From Pocillopora damicornis (taxonomy: Eukaryota): 64,000 nt of DNA. Below the pieces are notes generated by a model. The model searched no databases and was not told the DNA's origin. It saw only the letters and a program-made list of their open reading frames with translations. The DNA is taken from the NCBI RefSeq assembly GCF_003704095.1, contig NW_020845533.1, positions 310,001 to 374,000 of the forward strand, written 5' to 3'. Shown here in pieces: positions 50,002 through 64,000 of the stretch. The position numbers were made by a program, and so were the translations under genes. Every line of letters starts with the position of its first letter. Position 1 is the stretch's first letter.

Positions 50002-50947
50002 CAATAAGAGAGAGAAAAACTTTTTCTTCTAAACAAGAAATCATACGATTAAAAACGAACTCGGAATAACGACTTATCCAGCATTTTGATATGAGATGAA
50101 GACGGTGTTTAGCGAGGGGGGTGGGAATGGGGGCTCTCCTAATTTTCTAACAATTCGGGTCATGGATATTTTGCGATCTAACATTTGCTTGAAGTGAATT
50201 ACTTCAGTTCATATGTTAATAGAACGACAAAAGAAGAAACCAGTTAAATGAATGACTAATTGCTCAATGAAAGCCAGGTGGCAATCGCCGTGAGATAGAA
50301 GGGAACTCTTTTGGCTTTTCTCCTATTTTTTTTCTTTTGCTCTAATTTGATCGATGCACGCCGTTGGAATTGTCTAGGTGACGTTTGCAGTCCAGCCAGG
50401 AATACATGACTAATCTGATTATGAAAAAACTGGCTCAGAGGGAGAGACTATTCATTCGTACTGAGACTTTTGCTTTGCGTCGACCAGGAAGTGAAACAAT
50501 TGGTTGCTGACCAACCGTAAATCCCTAGCAACGGGCTCGAAGAATGGTCTTCGAGAATTTCGAGTTTTCCGGTTCATTTTTGTTTTATGGCACTTTGTAA
50601 TAACTTGCCCTTTTTGTGATAGGTTCTTGCAACACAGTATTATTTCACAGATTAGGTATTTTCGGATTCCCTCCTGCGAATAATAGTTTGTCAAGTAGCA
50701 GTTCGTTGGCGTTTGAAAAAATAAATGGACACATTACTCCAACAGTTACTTCAAGAATGATAAGTCCCAAGAACCATTTCAACAGTTGCTCTGAGATATC
50801 GCCGATATCGGCGAAATCTCGGAAGAAAAAAGCACAATGTTCGACGATAATCGTTTGTATTACTTTTAGACAGTACTGTAATTTTGGCCGTGATGTTGAG
50901 ATTAGAATTTGCGTCAAGATGTTGTTAGAAATTGCGTAGACCAACGA

Positions 50948-51048
50948 TTATTACAAAATGTTGCAACCCTTATTACAAAATACTGCAACCGTTATGACAA
51001 AATGCGCAGGTTGTTTCAAAATACGTTTTTGTTACAAAATGTCGCAGC
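50948..51048. repeat. Degenerate tandem repeat of about 21 bp (ttacaaaatg core), possibly a transposon subterminal repeat
   Basis: Five caaaat-containing units. Confidence 0.55.
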
Positions 51049-51298
51049 GATAATTTTTTAAAAACGTGAAGGTATTTTGACTTTTTTTTCACCAAGGTAA
51101 CCCTTTAATTCGTGAAAGTCACGGAGTCACACCAAAATGTATCTTCCAAATCAGCGCTTCATTTCCCTTTAGAATTCACGCACGCTTCTAATTTGATCTG
51201 CGTTGTAGACACACGCACACACAACCCCAAAATCCCTTAGTTTGCTCCGACATAAAGCTAACCCTGGAACTGATTTAAAGCTTTTCAAAATCCCTTCC

Positions 51299-51455
51299 CG
51301 CTGACCAAGGGTTACTGCTCAAAACGTCAACTTAGGAAACTCTTCAGTTACAGTGGTCAGTTTGCGTTATCAACTCAGTTGATTAAATCAATTATGTCGT
51401 TGTGATCACAACCGATGCAGTACCACAGCTTCTTTATAAACTTACTCCCTTTTTT
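51299..51455 (+). mobile_element. Decayed copy of the hammerhead-bearing short repeat
   Basis: CTGACcA-a-gggt-tact-gctc-aAAA-cg-TC then ttatcaactcagttgat; core mutated. Confidence 0.55.
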
Positions 51456-52744
51456 CCTGGCACCCTACCTACCTACCTCGATCAACTTGCGGTTGATAAG
51501 CAACCAATTCATTGGCTCGGAAATATACCACTGTCACTTTTTGGATGTCATAACACTGTCGGCCGGCTGCGAAGGTCAAAGTAACTGCTCGTAATTATTA
51601 TTAAATAAATTTCGCAAACAAATTCACCGATCTTTCTTTCGCCCCAGTTATTGGTACTTGTTGAGTCTCCTCTTAGAGTTAACATATTGACTCTTGCAGA
51701 AGGTTATATAATGTAATCATTGCTAGACATCAATCCATAATAGCGTAACCGAAATTTTCCCATTATTAGTGGATCTATAGGTGTGGAGCAAGTATGTCTT
51801 CATATATACTTTTAAAAGTGACTCAGCCACACTTTGTCAAAGGGCGCCGAGAGTAAATTAAGACACTCGGCTCAAATTACTCAAAATGTGTATGCAGTCA
51901 AACCGAAGTTCCTACTTCAAAGCGAGCAGGAGCCCTGGTAACGTTGATGGGCTCCTGATGCTGGTTGATGCATCAAGAGAGGCTATACGAATCAATGTTT
52001 GATTTTAGGCGCTCTATCCAATCGATCTTCAGCGCAATTGTCAGCGAAAATGAATTAAGAATCCGCGCGCCAAAAACATTACATACGATAAATTGAATTA
52101 TTCCTAGAAGGTGACTTCTCATCGACTGATATGTAAAAAAAATTGACCGATATTATATCTCTAACCACAATGAACGAATGTCACACCTAGCCGTTCCCCC
52201 TTTCCCCTCCACCTCCCCCTAAAAAAAGACGGTAATAAAGGATTTTTTTGTCAGAATAGTCCTAGGGATATGGTCGTAAACGAATGTTTACACCGTGGTT
52301 AACAACTAGATTAACTATTGTGCCAGCTCAAAATATACTTGTATTTCCTAGCCTCTAGTAGTTTCCATTTTAAATCAGTATTGTATGATTTCAACCTATG
52401 AAATGCAATCTGTGTAAGGCATTTAATCTCGGTAAACGATTGTTTAGAGATCTCTCAATAAGTTTATAACAAGCTTCCCTCTCTACAATGAACCCAATCC
52501 CTACGTCCTGTAGCTACTCAGATCTTTCACGGGAAGCTCAAGAAAAACTTTCAGTTCCAACTTCGTGAATAGTTTTAAAGTGGACCAATTTCACTTATGA
52601 GACATTTGTCGATCTTGCATTATCTCTTTCGTGGTTGGTAAAAACAAATGGTTTCCTGAACGACTCTACGATGCGTTTTAAAATATCCCGGAGCCTGGGA
52701 TAATAATCTGTAATATTCGGCGTTAAAAGAGTTAATGGGGCCTA

Positions 52745-53714
52745 CAGGCCTTGGTTCCTGGAAAGCCTTTCCCTGATTAGTCATCCTATCGATTTTTTAT
52801 CACTAGGATAATTAATCTAGAAATAAAAAGACGTTCCCGAAAGTAGGTTTTGTCCCTCGAATAAATAATTTTGAACACAAAACAGTTTGATCGGTTTAAC
52901 GAATTTATGCGTGAGGAGAAAAGGTAAAAAAAGGAGAAAAGAATGTCGAAGATTGAATTAAAGGAAGTTGAGAGGAAGGAAAAGGGAAGAATAAAACAAA
53001 CAGTCAATAAGGAGAGTCGAACAAAAAGCCATTTTGTTTGTTTTGACAAACTTTGATTTACTTTTTTCCCTAATTAGTAAGTTAAACGGTCTCAATAGGT
53101 GTCCTGAGTCTAACCTTAAATTTATCCCTAAGATAGAGTTTTCGAGATAGTGCTTTCAGACTAGATTTTTTTCCTGGTTAAAGTGTTTTCATCGTAGATT
53201 AATGATGGTAATGGGACCGAGAGGAGTCCTATTCAGTCTGTAATCATACAGGTGATTAACAAAATCAGACGACCGCAAAGCGAGAGTCCGATTTGTCAAT
53301 CACAAGCATGATCACAGACGGAATTGGACCACACGAAATCTTGTTACCATTTAATCATAACCGTTAAAATTACCGAAAACAACAAATGCACTTAGGACAG
53401 ATATCTCCGGTGGAGACAATATCTGAAGTAAAACATTCCTCCATTTTGGAAATTCTTCCTTTTTGTTTGGGGGGGGGGGGGGGGATAAGTGGTTGTTGTT
53501 ATGGTTATCGTGATCAATTATGTCATATGCGGATATGGCTGAGTAGAATTGGTATGATTGGCTGCTTGAACTGTCCGATCACAATCAACTGTTCGATTAC
53601 ACTATCCGATTACAACTGTGAAAGATAAAGCAGCTAATGCACCAATCACATTTGAGGAAATTGGAACGGTTATGATTAGACCTTATTTAATCAGCTTTCC
53701 AGGAACCGTGGCCA
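52745..53714. mobile_element. GGCC-terminated non-autonomous DNA element with a nested hairpin repeat (about 53200-53678)
   Basis: ggccttggttcctggaaagc...ctgatta / taatcagctttccaggaaccgtggcc; inner inverted pairs tctgtaatcatac/gcatgatcacaga and taatcataaccgtt/aacggttatgatta. Confidence 0.55.
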
Positions 53715-56700
53715 GAAAATTTTTTCACACATTTGTCAGAGAAATTCCAAAAAAATCTCATGTAGATTCGAAAGCGTTTCCTCTTTACAGATGGTAAATG
53801 GGAATTTTTCCTTACTTAACACAGATCTTAGGTAAGTATTACATCAAACTGCAAAAATAATTAATGGCAAACGGTAAGAAATAATCTAGTGATGTACATT
53901 CATCATAATGTAAGTCTTTTAGCTGTGAGTATGGGATATTTTTCTCATTCTGTTAAATTTGTATGTCAATGAATTGAGAAGTAAAGGAGATGTTACTTAC
54001 ATTTTTCCACTCGCCTTTGTAATAAACGAAGAACTTTTTAATATTTTCTTTAATTTAGCGTTCTTGTCCACGAATCCTACTAGAAACTTCATGTCTAAAT
54101 TTAAAGAATTAAATCGTGAAGGGTCTCAACCGACTGACGATTTGAATTTGTAGCAAATTAAATTGTAAGCGGACCGTATTCTCAAAAAATTAAAGTTAAA
54201 ACGTCAAGAAGGTATCAACAAAATTCAGCTAAAGGTTTAACATACCCTCTCACGGCGAGGCTGATTCGCTCGGTTTGGTTGATGAGTTCCTTGCTTCAGC
54301 CCTCGGAAATAAACTTTATATCCTGAATTTTTCCTTTGCAACGGTTTCATGCTCCTATTCATCCAATTCAAGGTACAAGAATTTCATTGAAGACTGTAAA
54401 TCAGCAAAAACTTCTCGGTGAGATCTGTTGTCCATTTGCAATTTGAAAGAACAGCACTCACAACTTCACTTGTGCCACCCGCGTCGGGAATTTCCCGCGC
54501 TTAGCAAAAGGTGTAATCACGTGACGAGATTAAACCAATCAACTGTGGGTGGGAAGCTGTGGGTGGAGGAGTAGGAAGGGTGTAGAGTTTCTTTCGGACG
54601 CCCATCGAGCTTTTGCAATTAATTAATAAACAATTTGGTCCTTTAGATTATAAACTGGTCAGATTTACATTTGAGAATTAACAACTGCAATTGCAAGTTC
54701 TGCAGATTTTTATGTTGCTCTTAAGAGCCTTATTTCAAAATATCAAGGTTGGTTACTGTTTTTGGTGATCATATCAGTCTCAGAAGAATAAAAAAAAAGC
54801 ACTCATTTCGTTTTTGAGCAAATTCAGACAGTTTACTTTATTCGTGAATGCAAATCAACTTTGTCAGAACTTAAATATAGTCCCGGAGATACCACGAAGG
54901 TTTTCGAGTCCTTAGGGATGGGTACTCATGTATGGAAAGCCCTGATTTTGCTTCTCCTACAAAGTGACCTCTATGTCTGTCTTCCACATGCGACTTTTTC
55001 CGTTGAGGATAAAAAAATCAGTGCCACATAAACAGTTCTGGATCTGCCTGGGGATCGGGGAAGTCGGGGAAGGGTCATGGAAAGTGACTGGAGGATTTCA
55101 GGCGGTGATTTTCAGTTGAAACGGAGGGGAATCAGTCGTCTCCAAGAGGGTTAAAAGGGAAGGACTGTAGATAACGGACTGCCTATTAATTACCAAAGAG
55201 GGAGATCATGAGAACACTATAGAGCCTTTTATTATTATTATTATTATTTTTTTTTTTTTGGGGAGGGGGATTCTGGTTTCTCTGACCTCCCACTCCACCT
55301 GGCGATAAAGAATGATCAGTCCCCAGGGCGATTCTAAGCCTTGATCAGCGCGCGCCAAGCATGGTGTTTTGCACTGAGGGCATCAAGATAGCTTTTAATA
55401 TCGCTGATGTCAGAAATGTTAGGGATTGACAATAAAATTTCCTAGTATTCGCCTACGGCGTTCGCTACGATTCATTACGCTCGCATAGCTTCATATAACC
55501 GAAAAACCTGATCATCGATGTGTCTAATGCGACATTTCAAAATGCCGGATAGCAGCCTCTTGGGGAAGCTTGAAAACAAACTTGAAGCGCCAATAAACTT
55601 CCATAGGTGTGAAAAAATCGTCGGTGGTACCCAGCAGATATAAGGTGGTATTTGCTGGCTTAGCGATCTGATCGAGAAAAGGAATAGATAGCTTTACCCA
55701 GCATAACGCTCATCATGATTTCAGTTTCTCTTTAAGACCCACCAATGATGTAGCCAGCTATGAACCTGCTAGCAAAGACAGCTGACAGGCATGAAAGTGT
55801 TTTCAACCACGAAGGATTTCCCCGCTGCTGATGAGTTGATGAATTCCCTCAGGAGGATTTTAAGTTTTATGCTTCCCATTCCTCATGCCGTCGAAAACTC
55901 ACCTAAGACCGCCAACTACATCTACGTTGTCTAAGTTTTTCAAAACGTGGGGGGAATGCGAAGGTTTTTACGTTTTTATGTCATTCATTAAACGACGTAA
56001 AATACGTCCTATCTGAATCGTCCCCCACCGAAAAAAAAAGTTCACGCCTCGCTCGAACTGCCCCTGGTTCTTCTCCCATCGCTATAACTAATTTATCAAG
56101 TCGTATTTAACTGAATTAATTATTCACAGCTTTCGTTGAAGTTGAATTTCTCACACTTGTTTTGATTTGTTTTGGTTTTTCAAGAATTCAAAATTATCCT
56201 AACCCTTCTTCCCTTACAAGGGAAAGGAAAAAAGAACTACGCAGGTTGAAGCAGAATTGGACCAATTTTTCCTAAGGCTACCACGGCAATTTCATAAACC
56301 TCCCCACCCTCCCATCCCCTCCTCTACGTGCTCTTAGTTACAAGTATTGTGAGTTTTCACGGCAACTGAAGAAAATAATCAAAAGTGAATAAAAAAGAGT
56401 TTCACATGCAACCAACCATGATAGAGCTTTTATTTCTACTGTTTCCAGCAATTTGTTTCAAAGTCCAAGATGCTCTCTACGTATTCGTGCTCGTGGGTTT
56501 GAAACGGAAAAAGAAGTACTTTAAGTTTTTCCTGCTCGTAAATTATCCATTTTTTCTGATCACTAATTCGTGAGCGTGGATATATATATGGTGGCAGTTG
56601 CAGATGCATAACTGAACATTCTTTTCTCTCCAAAATTGCCGTCCTAACGTTTTCCAGAATATTTAACTGAAAGTCTTTTTCAGTTTTTGGTAGTAACTAC

Positions 56701-56959
56701 AGCTTCCCACTCTCGGGAAGCGGATGTGAAATATGTCAAGTTGTGGGCGTCATAAAATAACAATTGGAAACGGAAACAGGACGTTAAAGTACATTACGTA
56801 ATTTCAGAATATATAAGTTCACTGATACTTCGCTTTTCTTCTAGTCCTTGTCAAGTTATCGCGTTTTAACTTCGTTGAAAAACCGTCTTGAAGACTTCGT
56901 GGTCATAAACATTTCCCAGTCACAGGTGTACAACAATACCTCAATTATCTTATCACCTT

Positions 56960-57134
56960 TTATCCAATCATAAGGCTCTAAATTAACACGTGATCAGAAG
57001 CGTGCAGCTGAGCCTGGCATGGCGCGGTCGCGGAACTGAGAGGTGGCAACAAATATGGCGTCTGAAGAAAGTTTGGAACATGCTGGCCGTTTTTGACGAG
57101 GGATTGTGGATTTTTTGACATGTATTTTAACGAT
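56960..57134 (+). promoter_or_regulatory. DOT1L promoter / 5' leader (CCAAT, E-box, YY1-like ATGGCG motifs, CpG-rich)
   Basis: tccaatca near 56963, cacgtga near 56987, catggcg at 57018, aaatatggcg at 57051. Confidence 0.5.
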
Positions 57135-63741
<6,607 letters not shown>

Positions 63742-63789
63742 GTGAGTTGTGAATCAATCCAAATTTTTCCTATCAAAGTGGTTATGCAA

Positions 63790-64000
63790 TTCAAGGAAAT
63801 GAAACGTCCGTTTTTCCCAATGCTCTACTACTGAGCCACAGAGACTCTATGATGAGCAAGGCCCATTACAAAGTTCATGTATGAAACGCGTTCTGCATAC
63901 TGCTAGGATCAGCAATGTCATTAGTGTCATGTTTTGTAAATAGAATAAGAAAAATGGTAAGTTTTGAGCTTGACAAAGATATAGAGAAAGGATGTTTTTT
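63790..64000. repeat. SINE-associated interspersed repeat fragment
   Basis: gctctactactgagccac...atactgctaggatcagcaatgtc, related to 29060-29130. Confidence 0.4.

Noticed and set aside
50616-50944. Overlapping opposite-strand ORFs around a palindrome at 50791-50822
   Set aside because: No protein motif; adjacent tandem repeats suggest a non-coding transposon end.

Overview
AT-rich, intron-containing animal genomic DNA. Gene content and repeat families suggest a cnidarian, most likely a stony coral (inference). Three spliced genes were reconstructed by hand with consistent GT-AG phases. (1) A minus-strand apolipophorin/apoB-type large lipid transfer protein (LLTP): 15 exons, ATG 14182, running off the left edge. 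Its last visible exon is at least 2.8 kb and encodes a gapless array of 23+ 26-aa amphipathic, sequon-rich repeats. (2) A two-exon activin/inhibin-beta-type TGF-beta ligand (44963-47181). (3) The first 11 exons of DOT1L (from 57135, running off the right edge). A candidate small secreted prepropeptide gene lies at 41513-41863. Introns and intergenic DNA carry two decayed Penelope-like retroelements, several hammerhead-ribozyme motifs, a Crypton-like relic, TTAA-flanked piggyBac-type MITEs, other foldback MITEs, tRNA-SINE-like repeats and microsatellites. All calls come from manual reading; no database searches were run.
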